The notes beneath the pieces were generated by a model. The model was not told where the DNA came from. It searched no databases and saw only the letters and a list, made by a program, of their open reading frames with translations. From Monocercomonoides exilis PA203 (taxonomy: Eukaryota > Protista > Preaxostyla), in NCBI GenBank assembly GCA_001643675.2, contig LSRY02000006.1, positions 1,674,001-1,738,000 of the forward strand: 64,000 nt of DNA, read 5' to 3'. Shown piece by piece: positions 27,130-38,937 of this stretch (positions are counted from its first letter, which is position 1; the number at the start of each line of letters is the position of its first letter). The position numbers were made by a program, and so were the translations under genes.

Positions 27130-28076
27130 ATGCCAATTCTTCAATCTTTAAAGAACTTATTTTCAATTACACGAAACCAAATTAATGAAAATTTGATTTA
27201 TGCGAAGGATGGAAAAACTTTTCATACAGTTGCATTTATTTATCGTATTTGTGTTCTTCTATATATGATCTCGTATCTAATCCAATGTGCTCTAAGTTTG
27301 ATAAGCATTTATTTTTATTTTTAATTATTATCATATTTTTAGCAAGGAGGATGACTCTTGAATATTATACAAACCAGAGTTATTACTACACTTTCTTCTA
27401 TTTTGTTGTATGCTTTATTTTGCAAGTATTTTGAATTTCAAGGAATAATTTTTTTTCTATACAAACATAAAGATTATAGTGACATATGGAAGAAAAATTG
27501 CTGTTGAAGAGCCTTTATATTTTCCACTTCAACAAGGTCATGGGAGTATCACTTTGAGAGATACAGCAATATATATTCTTTCGTGCCTTGGATTGCCTGG
27601 AAGCGCAACTGCAACACTAGGATATTGGGCATTTTTATTTAGCGAAGAAACAACACCAATGTTTGTGAGGATTTGGTTTGGAGCCAATCCTCACGGATTC
27701 TCATTGATATTTATTCTCATCGATTTGCTGTGTTTCAACGGAATGACATGGAAATGGATTCATTGTCTAATTCCATTGTTATACATTTGCGTATATGTTG
27801 GTTTTGCTTACGGATTTTATGCGATTAATCACCAGTTTGAATCATTATTTTTTATTTAATTTTTTGTCTTAAAAATTATTTTAAATTACCACATAATAAA
27901 GTTACATCTATTCATTTCTTGATTATACAAAGAAGATGTTCGCATTTGCATTGCCAGCACTTGCATTGTGTCCGTCTCTCATTTTCCTTTTGGTATGCGT
28001 ATTTCAGAGAATAAGAAATAAAATCTACAGAAGAAATGCTATTCCACAAGAAGACTTCCAATTTCCAGTAAATTAA
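27130..28076 (+). CDS. Multi-pass membrane protein, FAR-17a/AIG1/rolling-stone-like (4 exons)
   Basis: EYYTNQSY, NPHG and YIYSFLDY motifs with about six TM helices. GT-AG introns. Confidence 0.65.
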
Positions 28077-28352
28077 CAATTTTGTGTAATATCCATTATT
28101 ATGTTTGTTACAAAGATGAAGATGGCGATATTTTGTTGATTTTAAATTTTTTTTGTTTTTATTTAGGATTTATAAATTTTTTTTTTCAAACATGCAGTAA
28201 TTAGAGTGTCACATAAATTATCTTTAAAATGGTAAATAAAATAAAAAGAATGCATAATAATATAACTTTCAATAATGAATTCAACATTAGATGAGATAAA
28301 TGATTCCCATAAACAATAAATTGCACGCAGGAAATGAAAAATTTTTCTTTAA

Positions 28353-31031
28353 ATGAATCATCATTGGGTTGGCGGAAAACGAGCAGCTATGAAAGGTTAA
28401 CATAATTATTTAAAAGTTATTCGTATTTATTGATTTATTTTTTTTTAGCACTTCAGAAAGCTAAAGTCGATGTTACAAATATCGGTGGATTTTTTGGATT
28501 AAAAAGAAAGAAGAATCCTTTATCAACAAATACAATTGATATAGTTGCATTAACATCACGACATTATAACCTTTTGAATCTTGGTATTTGTATGAGAATT
28601 TATTCATTATCTCGATAAGCCTTTTATAAATATTGTCATAGAAAACTTGAACATTTTGAAAATTTTATTTTTTTTTGTTTTTAGAAGGAAAAAAATGCAA
28701 AGAAAAAAAGTACTCTCCTGCAAGTGAAAGAAAAGGAAATCAAACCATAGGAATGGAAAGAACTTTTTTTGATATAAATGACAAATCAAAAAAAACAGTT
28801 TGCGAAATAATTTGATGGAAGTGAATATTCGTGCTAAAGATTACTCGTAATATTAAAACGATTTATATTTCATTTTTTTCGTACTACAGGAATTTTCTGA
28901 AAAATATGAAAGAAAACGGATACATCAGAACGAAGATGGATCAAAATACGACCAACAGTTGTTGGAAATTGTTGAACAAGAAAGGAAAGACGAAAAAGAT
29001 GAAGAAAGAAAGAAATGGATGGCAGAACTTTCTCCGGGTTCTCGATTAACATTGATGGGACGAGGAACGAGCTATTGCGATGACAGACGAGGCAAATTTA
29101 AGGAAAAAGAAGTTGATGATTTCGATCCATATGATTCCTTATGGAACATTGAAAAGAATACAGGGGAAAATTTCGCAAAATCCGAGATTACTTCAAATAA
29201 AAGATACTTTGACGAGGATAGAGATGAGATATTGGAAATAAATGAAAGACAGTTTTCTGAAGATAAAAGAAGAGGATTAGAAAGAATAAGAAAAAGAGAA
29301 TACGGAAATGGAGGGAGGAACATTTGTGAGTTTAACAGTTATTTTTCTGAAGATGAAGACGGAAAAATATACCAAAAAAGGAAAGAAAGAGATCAGGATA
29401 TTTTTGATTTGGAAATAAAGAAATGGGCAAGGTGCAAGTCAGACAAATATTTGAAAAACAAAGAAAAAGAAACGAATGGCTGGAAAAAGAAAAGAATCGA
29501 AGACGAAGAAAACCTTTCAAATTCCGATGGACTTTTTGTATTTCCTGAAAAGGTTGGAGAGGAAGCGTTTATGAAAGAAATGATGAATCCTTTGTTTTGT
29601 GAATGGAAAGAAAAGAAAAACTTAAACAGGGAAGAAGAAAAAACAAAATCAATCCGTACAAGTGAAATTAATACAAAGAACGATGCACAAAGCACGGCTT
29701 TTGAAAATGACAGGGAAATATTGAAAGATGAAACGAAATCTGTGACAACTGCATTTGAGCACAAATTTGTAAGAGAATCAGAAGTAATTCAAGATTCTGA
29801 TAAAAATGCGAAAGATGAAGTGATGGAGGAAGAAAGGGTGATATATGATAAAAATATCGAAGAAACTGAGAAGATTAAAGCCCAAAATACAAAATTACTA
29901 GAAGAAACGAAAGAAGAAAGAAAAAAAAGTGATTTTAACATTGATGGGATTCAGTGGAATGATGATGATTTATCTATCTCCGTTGGCAATAAAGTTAAGC
30001 AAAATGCGACCGAGAAAATTGGAGATTCCAGTTCCAATAGTTTAACAACGTCATCATCTCATCTTGAAGCATTTGAAAAATGCGTCAAGGACACAAATAA
30101 AGAGTCAAATATCTTGTCAGTCAAAATATTAGAAGCACATAATACCGATGTGCACACGTCTCCAGCAAAGAACAACGAATACAAAAATGAACAATGCATA
30201 AGCGCTGAAGTACAAAGCGGAAACAAAGAAGAAGAAAACAATTTGAAAATGATAATGGAGAGGAAAGATGATGATATATTATACGAAGCAGACGAAAGAT
30301 CTGCATTTCAATTGTATACAAACGAACAGGACAAAGACAAAGACAACTTTGTCAGAGAAGAAGAAATAAATTCAGAAGTCACAACCAACGTAAACGAACA
30401 GAAGAGAGAAAAGTTTGATGAACATAAGAATTTGAAATTAGAAATACCAAAAAACACATGCATTGCATATTCTATATTAGGTGTGTATTGTGAGAGATCA
30501 ATAATTTTTTCACTCAGATTCTCATTATTCAAATCGAATTCTTTTGGGTAAATTCATATTAATGATCATTTTAAACTGATGATTTACTATTTTATAAATA
30601 ATTGCATAGAAGAAGAAGCTTTGGTTTTGCTGGAGAATCACAATTACCTTAGATGTGTATGCTTAGAACTTGGAGAAGCATTGGAAAAAGAAAAAGAAAG
30701 AGGAAAAAAAATGCGTCAGAACATACATCAAAAGGAAGCTCTTCTATTTGTGAAGGAAAAAGAATTAGAAAAAACATCCAAAGAACTTGAAACAGAGAAA
30801 AAGAGAAGGAAAGAAGTAGAGCAGATGGTGGCAAAAGAAATGCTTACAGAAAATATAAGAGAAAAACAAAGCAATAACACTTTTTCAGATAAAAGTGAAA
30901 ACCAATCTTTCCAAAGGATTGCTGATAAAACAGATTTGGAGGAAGAAAATTTAAAACAGAATTGCATTGAAAAGCAATTCGGAAATGATCTCGAAGCAAA
31001 AAATATCACAGATACATCAAATATAACTTGA
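28353..31031 (+). CDS. Hypothetical K/E-rich protein with REDIC1/C12orf40-like N-terminus (5 exons)
   Basis: Spliced start MNHHWVGGKRAAMKALQKAKVDVTNIGGFFGLKRKK...TIDIVAL joins in frame to ORFs 28959-30551 and 30579-31031. Confidence 0.65.
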
Positions 31032-31667
31032 AATCAATTACATAACTTTACTGATGACTGTACAATTTCATGAATTTTTTGGCTGCACACAATTAATTTT
31101 TTCAATTTTTCAAAAAAATCAAATTATTGAAATTATTTATACAAAGTATCCTTTTACATCAAATTTTAAATTTTTTTCCTTTAATTTTTTTAAGTTCTAT
31201 AATCCTATGCATTAATTACCATTAAAAAATCAAAAGTCATTCGTGATGTGTTTCCATTATTTTCAGAAAGTCATTTTTTATAATTTTTGGAAGATTACGT
31301 TGACGATCCACCACCATGACATGAATCATCCTACATATCCCCACATCATATCCGGTACATTGTGTGTTTCAGCGTATTACGTAAAAATACACATCGATTG
31401 TTCTATACCGTTAATTCTTTTTTCGAATTTTTTCAGATTTATCTATGTTATTTATCTTTTAAAGTAAGGTTAGAATGATCATTTCACTTCTTTTTTTGAT
31501 GTTTTCATGAATCAGGCACACATTTCCTTATAGTTCTTGTTGCTCTCTTTTTTCTTGATGATTATTTATTCAATGCGTAAAGCATAAATTTGAATACATA
31601 AAGTTTGCTGAATACAGTTGTTTACAGCTTATCCTTATTGGTTCATAATCTTCGTAAGATATTACAC

Positions 31668-32551
31668 ATGAAATTGGCAATAATAGAATTTTTAATTGCT
31701 GCTTTTGTATTGCATTGTTCAGTGTGTTGTGAGGAATCTTCAGGACTTTCTGCACCAACATGCCTCATTTCGACTGATGGAACAAGGTTTTTCGAAGGGG
31801 AATTGAAAGATGATAAATGTGTTTTTGAAATTGATTGTGATGATGCTGTGATTGTCAGAAAGATTGAAGGTATTACCATTTTTCTCACAAAATAATATTT
31901 TTGAATTTTTTAAATAAAGACGAAGATGATGAAGAAAAATGGATTCAAGTCAACGATGAATCAACACCTTATTATATTCACATATCAAAGTTGGAAGAAG
32001 ATGAAATGGAATCAAGCGAAGAAGCTAATAAACAATTGAACAATTCTGGGCGTTCTTCGTGGCAACCGAAAAAGAAACCACTAAAAAAAGACAAAGACGA
32101 AAAACCAGATTTGACGAACAAGTCACCAAAAAAAGAAGAAAAAAAATATAAAAAAGAAGTTAAACGTTTGACAAAGAAGATGAGACCAATTGAATGCCAA
32201 CAAAAAAAGCTTGTGCGAAAACAAAAGAAGCTTGACAAACGGGAAGAAAAACTCGACAAACAAGCAAAGAAAAAAGGTATTGATGAAGTTGCGTATAAGA
32301 AGAAAGAAATGGTTATTCTGAGACCAGAGAAGCATGCTATTGAAGAGCCTCAAAGCTTGACAAATCCCAAAGCAGTGAAGGTTATTAATCGGAAAAAGCA
32401 TCATGATCATGACGATCACCGTGGAGGTCACGACCACCACGATCATCATGACCATCATGATCGTCATAATCGTAAGGATCGCCACAACCGCAAGGATCGA
32501 CATCACGATCACCACAAACATCACGACCATCACGACCACCACCATCATTAA
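31668..32551 (+). CDS. Putative secreted protein with Lys-rich region and His/Asp-rich C-terminus (2 exons)
   Basis: Signal-like MKLAIIEFLIAAFVLHCSVCC, phase-1 intron at ~31870-31919, tail HHDHDDHRGGHDHH...HHDHHHH. Confidence 0.85.
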
Positions 32552-33302
32552 AATCCTTTGAAAAAGGTTTATTTTAGCAATGATTTGATGGTTAACATTT
32601 ATAAAATCTTTTTTATAATTTTTTATTTCCGTTGTGAACTGTTTTTCAAATCTTTTTTATTTCAGTAGGAAACTTCTTATTTTTTACAATTGTCATGTAA
32701 TATGGACATAAATTTAATGATTCCGTCATATTATGAGTGAAAATTATAAACAAAATTAAAAAAAAAAATCTCTCAAATTCCTATTTAATTAACAATAGTC
32801 AGTTTCTTTTTTTGTTTCACGAAAAAATGATTTTACATTAATCTCAAAGAAATCTTTAAAAAAATATTCAAACATCGACTTTAAGAAGTGAGAATTATTA
32901 TCTAATTTTATCCGTTTAATACGGTAATGCTGCAAACGTTCACATGATAAACGAATCTTTAAGAGCACACAGAGAGAGAAATGAAGTGTATTTTTTCATT
33001 ATAATAGATTCAATATATTTTGTTTTGGATTATTTATTTTTCAAATATTTTTCTAAAATCATTGAAAATGATGAAAACAAATTTTCATCAAAGAACACAA
33101 ATAGTAGAGCAGCCATTTTATTTTCTATGGAGGTCTTTCTTTTTGTGTTCATTAAAGAAATCTTTTCAAATGCAAATTGAATTCAATTTATTTAATTATA
33201 AAATTTTCCTTTTTCCCCATAATTGTTTTTAAAGAAGCATGTTACTGTAGAATGGCATTATTTTTTTAAAGAAAGGAGCGAAGTTACAATTGAAGGAAAT
33301 AT

Positions 33303-34269
33303 ATGCACATTACAACACGTATCCTTCAATGGATTATTGTACTTTATGAATTGATATCCACAGATTTAATTCCTCAAAACAATTCACCACTTTCTGTTCC
33401 AACTGCTGATCATCTCAGATCTGTTCGATATCCCCCTTCGATTACCGGCCAATACATTTCGTCTACCAATTCTCCAATTTCTGTTTCGTCATCAACAAAA
33501 ACAAAGACACCAGAAGTGGCTAAAAGTACTTATGCAACGTCCATCCCCGAATCATCAATCATTTCACCAGTTTCATTTTATGATATGAACAATCCTTCTC
33601 GATTTATGCCTTTTTCCTATCAAAAAGCAGAAAGCAATGAACTGTTTAAAATTTTTGATTCTCCAAAAAATTCGCATGAAGTTAAAACATATCCAGAAAA
33701 CTTGAATTCTTTTACTCAATCCTTTTCCAACATCCCCGAATCATTTCAGAATTTTCCTAGTTTTGATTTTGATCCATCTGTTTTGCCATTTTCAGTTGAA
33801 GACAGTATTTTTCAGTCAAATCCAAGCTCTGGAATAAGTCAAGTAATTACTCGTTCGACGCATAATTCCGATTCCAAAGAACCAATGCTCGTACCAAATC
33901 CTAATTCAAGATATCTTCCTTATTCTCAAACACCTCATCATTCATCTTACACTTCTTCAAGAATTAGATCAGATCAAAAAAGTCCGTTTGAGCAATCAAC
34001 TTCAATTTATAAAAATCCTTCGCAATATGCAATTCAATATCCAACGTGGACTGTTCCATCGCATGTTCCTCCATCTATTCCACCACCCGGTGATCCCCTT
34101 CCATCGCCAATGTATCTAGGAAGTGACCAACAAGGTTCAAAAAGAACAATAGGTATTGTTTAATTTATTCAGAAATTGTGTAAAGTTCATTATTTCAATC
34201 ATTTTGTCATTTAACCTTACAGATTTTCTAAGGCGGTTTTCAGATGAAGGCAACATAGAAAACAGATGA
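33303..34269 (+). CDS. Hypothetical Ser/Pro-rich protein with hydrophobic N-terminus (2 exons)
   Basis: 286-aa ORF, GT-AG intron at ~34153-34222, last exon DFLRRFSDEGNIENR*. Confidence 0.65.
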
Positions 34270-34434
34270 AAAGAAGCAATTGAGAAATTGTGGAGTGTGT
34301 TTATTATTTGACATTTTTCAAAAAACTCAAGAGATGGAGCGTAATAAAAAATCTAATTGAAAACAGATAAGTTCAAAAAGCAATGAAATGGATTTGTGAT
34401 TGAAGTTATGAAAATGATAGACATGCAAATTGCA

Positions 34435-35205
34435 TTAATATAGCGAAGTCTTAAAAAAATTTAAAAAATTATTTCTATGATTAAAGAATTTTATTTGTAT
34501 TATCACACCTTTTTCATAATTCTGAGAAAATCTTCCTCGTTAATTTCACCATCTCCATCGCGATCTGCTTCATCAATCATCTCTTGAAGTTCTTCATCTG
34601 TCATATTTTCTCCAAGTTCTTTAGCGACACGTTTCAAATTTTTGAATGATATTTTTCCAGTGTTATCATCATCAAACAGCCTGAAAGCTTTAAGAATTTC
34701 CTCTCGAGGATCTCGCTCAGCCTTAAAATAGATTCAACAATAAAAACAAACGAAAATAATTGATACCATCTTGATTGTCATCATTTCTAAAAACGAGTTA
34801 AAGTCAATCGTGCCAGTTCCATCTTTATCAATTTCCGCAATCATTCTTTTAACTTCATCTTTTTTAGGTTCAAAACCCAAAGCTCTCATTGCAACTTTTA
34901 ATTCCTTCGCATCAATTGTTCCTTTTATATAGAAAATTCAAATGATTGCAGATTAAACAAATAAAAAATGCATGACAACAAAATACCTGAACCATCAGTA
35001 TCAAATAAATCAAATGCTTCTCTAATTTCTTGTCGTTGCTCTTCAGTAAGTTCTGGACGAGTGCGTGATCTTCCTTTCGAAGCAATGCTTTGTTTCTGAA
35101 TAAATGGAATTTATGTTTGCAAGCAATAAAGCAATATATTTTAAGAATTAATTTTTCTTTGAAAAAACTCGATAATTTCTTTTCAAAATTGCATACAGAC
35201 GCCAT
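34435..35205 (-). CDS. CETN: Centrin (5 exons)
   Basis: [43 protein letters not shown]...[37 protein letters not shown]...KKTSLY*. Confidence 0.97.
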
Positions 35206-35517
35206 TACAATTTATTTCAAATTAACTGATTTAAATTAAGGGTTTTGTTCAATTCTCGTTTTTATCTTCCATTAACTGAAGAGTGTAATTCAATTCATTT
35301 TGTAATGATAACAGAAGCAAAAAATGAATTTAAAATTTGTTAAGTCCTCTTGTATTCAAGTTTCAAACGAGAATAATGAAAATTAAAAATCTAAAAAATA
35401 GTTGTTCTCAAAGAAACCTTAAATAAAAAATTGACTCATCTATCATTCTAATTTCCGATGAACTGTTTCATGTTTTTGTCAACATTTTTGATGCTAAAAT
35501 TCGCTCATTGAACAATT

Positions 35518-37053
35518 TTACATCCATGGGGGAAGCTTTTGTCCTTCGGCCATAAGCTTCTCAATATCGTCTGGGTTCTTTGGTACGCATGTAAGAACAT
35601 CATGCCCGTCAGGAGTAACCAGCACGTCATCTTCAATTCTAACACCTCCGACGGCATAGTAAGTTCCTCTGATTTTCTCCATATCAATAAGAGAGGCCAT
35701 CTCCGGGTTGCTAGCCACAGCAGGTTCAATGATGTTGGGGTTGAAATAGCATCCTGGCTCGATAGTGATGACCATTCCTGGCTGAAGCACTCTGTTCGTC
35801 CTCAATTTCATAAAGCTTGGACGCGTGTCACGAACAGGACCTCCGCGAACATATCCTCCAACATCGTGTGTATCAATGCCCAGTTGATGACCCAATCCGT
35901 GTGGCATAAACAAGGCAGCAATATTCTTTTCAATTGCTTCCTTTGCTGAGCTTGTTTTGATGATTCCTTCCTTCATCAAGCGCTCAGCAAGGATAGTCAA
36001 AGCTTTCTCGTGAATATCAATCATCATCACTCCAGCCTTAACCATATCGATGCATGCAAGCTGCATTTCCAAAACAGTTTCATAAATAAAGCGATGTTTT
36101 GGTGCAAATTTCCCTGAAATGGGGAAAGTTCGAGTTATATCAGCAGCATAAAACTTGTAAGTTGATCCAGCATCCAAAAGGCACATTTGATCGGGCTGTG
36201 CCTTCACATTGTCTTCAGCATAATGATGCAAAACAGCTGCATCTGATCCAAATGAAACAATTGGAAGAAATGCATGGAACTTTGTAAAATGACCAAAAAA
36301 TTAAATTAAATCATTTTTTAAAAACTGCTCAAAAATGCAGACCTTACCATCTGTACCAGCGAGTTTATGCATATAATAATACCATATTGCTTCAATGTCT
36401 GTTTCTGTCATGTCATCACGAACGTGCTTCATAGTTTGAATATGTGCTTCACTGGAATGTTTAGCTGACATCCTCATTAATTCAATTTCTCCAGGTGTTT
36501 TGATAACTCGAGCTTCCTAATATTCAAAATTGAAAAATAAAAAAATTTATGTGCAATAATAAAATGATGAATATAAAAAGCATACTCCTAAAAGATATTG
36601 CAGATCTTTGTTTGAAACGGAAACTGTTTCAGGAAGTTTGCAACACTCACGAATCACTGATTCTGAGGTAATCTCCAAAATGTGCACTTTTGAAATTCCT
36701 TTTGAAATAAATTGTGCAACAACATTTGGAAGTTCTTCAACTTTATGATGGAAGTTCGCTGGATAGCGTTTCTTTGACTCAAAGCTTTCAACTTTCATCC
36801 ACGTTTTAGCATCCTCGGGAGGAAGATCGAAAAACAAATGTGTGACGTCTTCTTCAACGTCCCACACAAGCCATGAATTCTCATCAGGAACACCAGTCAA
36901 ATAGTAAAAGTTACTTTCTTGAAATATTGGATGTTCATAATCTGTTCCTGGTCTTACCATTTCTGGATGTCCCTTCAAAATAAGAAGACCTCCAAGGCTT
37001 TTTACATAATTGAGGGCGTGTTTTCGATTCTCAGCAAAAATGGAATAGTTCAT
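35518..37053 (-). CDS. PEPD: Xaa-Pro dipeptidase (prolidase, M24B) (3 exons)
   Basis: FQESNFYYLTGV, LLDAG..YAADITRTFP, FMPHGLGHQLGIDTHDVGG, TIEPGCYF, GGVRIEDDVLVT. Confidence 0.93.
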
Positions 37054-37247
37054 TTTATTCACCCTTTACATGTAATGTGTGATAAACAAATTTTCTTGCA
37101 AATCTGCTTTCTGTACTGTGCTCAATTTTAAATATGTTTAACTTTAATATTCTAAATCGGTACAGTTATTCGAAAAATGCGATCTGATGATTTATAATTT
37201 ATTGTATTTAGATGAAATTATCGACAACGTAGTCTGAGACTTCATAT

Positions 37248-37808
37248 ATGACTTATTATATTCGAAGATGGTACAATATTTGGTACTATAATTTATTTAA
37301 CCAAAGCACAAGAATTACAGATAATTTTTATTGGAAATCAAGAGTTTATCCAAAAGAAGTTGATACTTCATTGTGTGTTCAAGATTCTGCGTTTTTAATT
37401 TTGGCAGGATATGCTAGATGGGGATGGTTCAGTTCAACTTCGTTAAATGCTGAGATGAAAAAAAGAAAGCTGACACCAATCATAACTCAAGTTTCAGTGC
37501 AATATTTAAGTAAACTACATTTATTCAGTGATTACACAATTAAAACTCGACTTATGCACATCAATGAGAAAGCATTTTTCGTCCATCAAAAATTTATTTT
37601 TAAAGAAAAGATAATTTGCGTTTTATTATTTAAGATGCATCTTCAAGATGAAAAAGGAATCGTTAATCCTTTTCCTGTGTTTGAATCTTTACTAAAAGGA
37701 GATAACTTACCAACAAATATGGAAGGAATGCGAAACAAACAAGGATTAGATATTTTTTATTCACTTGAATCTTATCTTTTGGAAAAACCTGTTTTGTTAC
37801 ATTTATAA
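37248..37808 (+). CDS. Hot-dog-fold thioesterase-like protein (THEM6/4HBT-like)
   Basis: RVYPKEVD...GYARWGWF...VSVQYLSKLHLFSDYTIKTRLMHINEKAFFVHQKF pattern. Confidence 0.65.
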   Translation: MTYYIRRWYNIWYYNLFNQSTRITDNFYWKSRVYPKEVDTSLCVQDSAFLILAGYARWGWFSSTSLNAEMKKRKLTPIITQVSVQYLSKLHLFSDYTIKTRLMHINEKAFFVHQKFIFKEKIICVLLFKMHLQDEKGIVNPFPVFESLLKGDNLPTNMEGMRNKQGLDIFYSLESYLLEKPVLLHL

Positions 37809-38149
37809 AAATAAATTGCACGTAAGAAGTACTTTTTTTTTTCCTTATGATCGTTAAAAGTTGAATTACATAGAAAGACACACTTTAATATAAAAAGACA
37901 ATTACATTGATTTACAACTTTCGTTTTTTGACTTCAACATTGTTTAAATAATTGTACTTATAACTGACTACAAAATTTAAGATAAAAAATTTTTTATTTG
38001 TTTTGTTTTTAATTTTGCTACAAGATTTATCTTACAAATGAAGCGTCGCCACACAATCAAATGAGCAAATCAGAAGTGATCCGTGTTGAAACTTGACTAA
38101 AAAGCAAATAAAAATGTCTCAGTTTTTGCTGATATTTTTATCAACATTC

Positions 38150-38753
38150 TTAACGACTTGTAGCTTTAATTTTCTTTGGAGGTGCGGCTTTTGGAGGAGC
38201 TTGTTTAACTTGTTTTCCCTGTTTTGCTTGCTTGCCTGGTTTCACTTGTTTAGCTGAAACTTTCTTTGTTCCAGCAACTTTTGCTTTACGCTCCTTCAAT
38301 TCACTGAAAAAAACAAACAAAAAATATCGATAAAAATATTGAAAAAAGGATTACTAACCGAAGAGCAGCTGCATCGGCTCCTTTAACTTTCTCAATAACT
38401 TTTGCCTTTCTTGTGTTACGAATTTCTTCAAGTGTCATTCCAACAATATCCTTCTGGAAGCGAACTGCTCTACGCTTAACACGCTTTTTGGTCAATTTTG
38501 AAATATCCTTCTTGTGTGCTTTTCTCCAATCTCCTGTCCATTTAGTATTACGAGAGGAACGTTTAATATCGTAGCAGCAACGTGCTTTTGATCCAGCAAA
38601 GATAAAAAGACGAGAATCGCCACGAACAAAACGAATTCCGTGGCCTGGATAGATCTTATGCCAAGAAAACGAGCAACGTTCAACACTAATTAAAAAAGCA
38701 TTTTAATATATTTTCAATCATTTTTTTAAAACAAGAAAAAAGAAAAACCGCAT
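38150..38753 (-). CDS. RPL24: 60S ribosomal protein L24e (3 exons)
   Basis: [25 protein letters not shown]...KWTGDWRKAHKK...RFQKDIVGMTLEEI, with a Lys/Ala-rich tail. Confidence 0.95.
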
Positions 38754-38937
38754 CGTTAAATGATCAAATTGTGATCTTTAAATACCCTATGTTGTGTCTC
38801 ATCAAATAAATTAAGGTTAAAAAATAAAATACAATAATCGCAAGAAGTTGCACAAGATTTAACATCAATTAGATATTATATGTAACAAATAAATTAAAAT
38901 CGAAAATTTGTTTTTTGATGTAAATATACTTATTTTT

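Noticed and set aside
31262-31560. Possible small minus-strand gene or C/D snoRNA (ATGATG...CTGA)
   Set aside because: Could not build a start-to-stop model, and found no terminal stem or rRNA guide.
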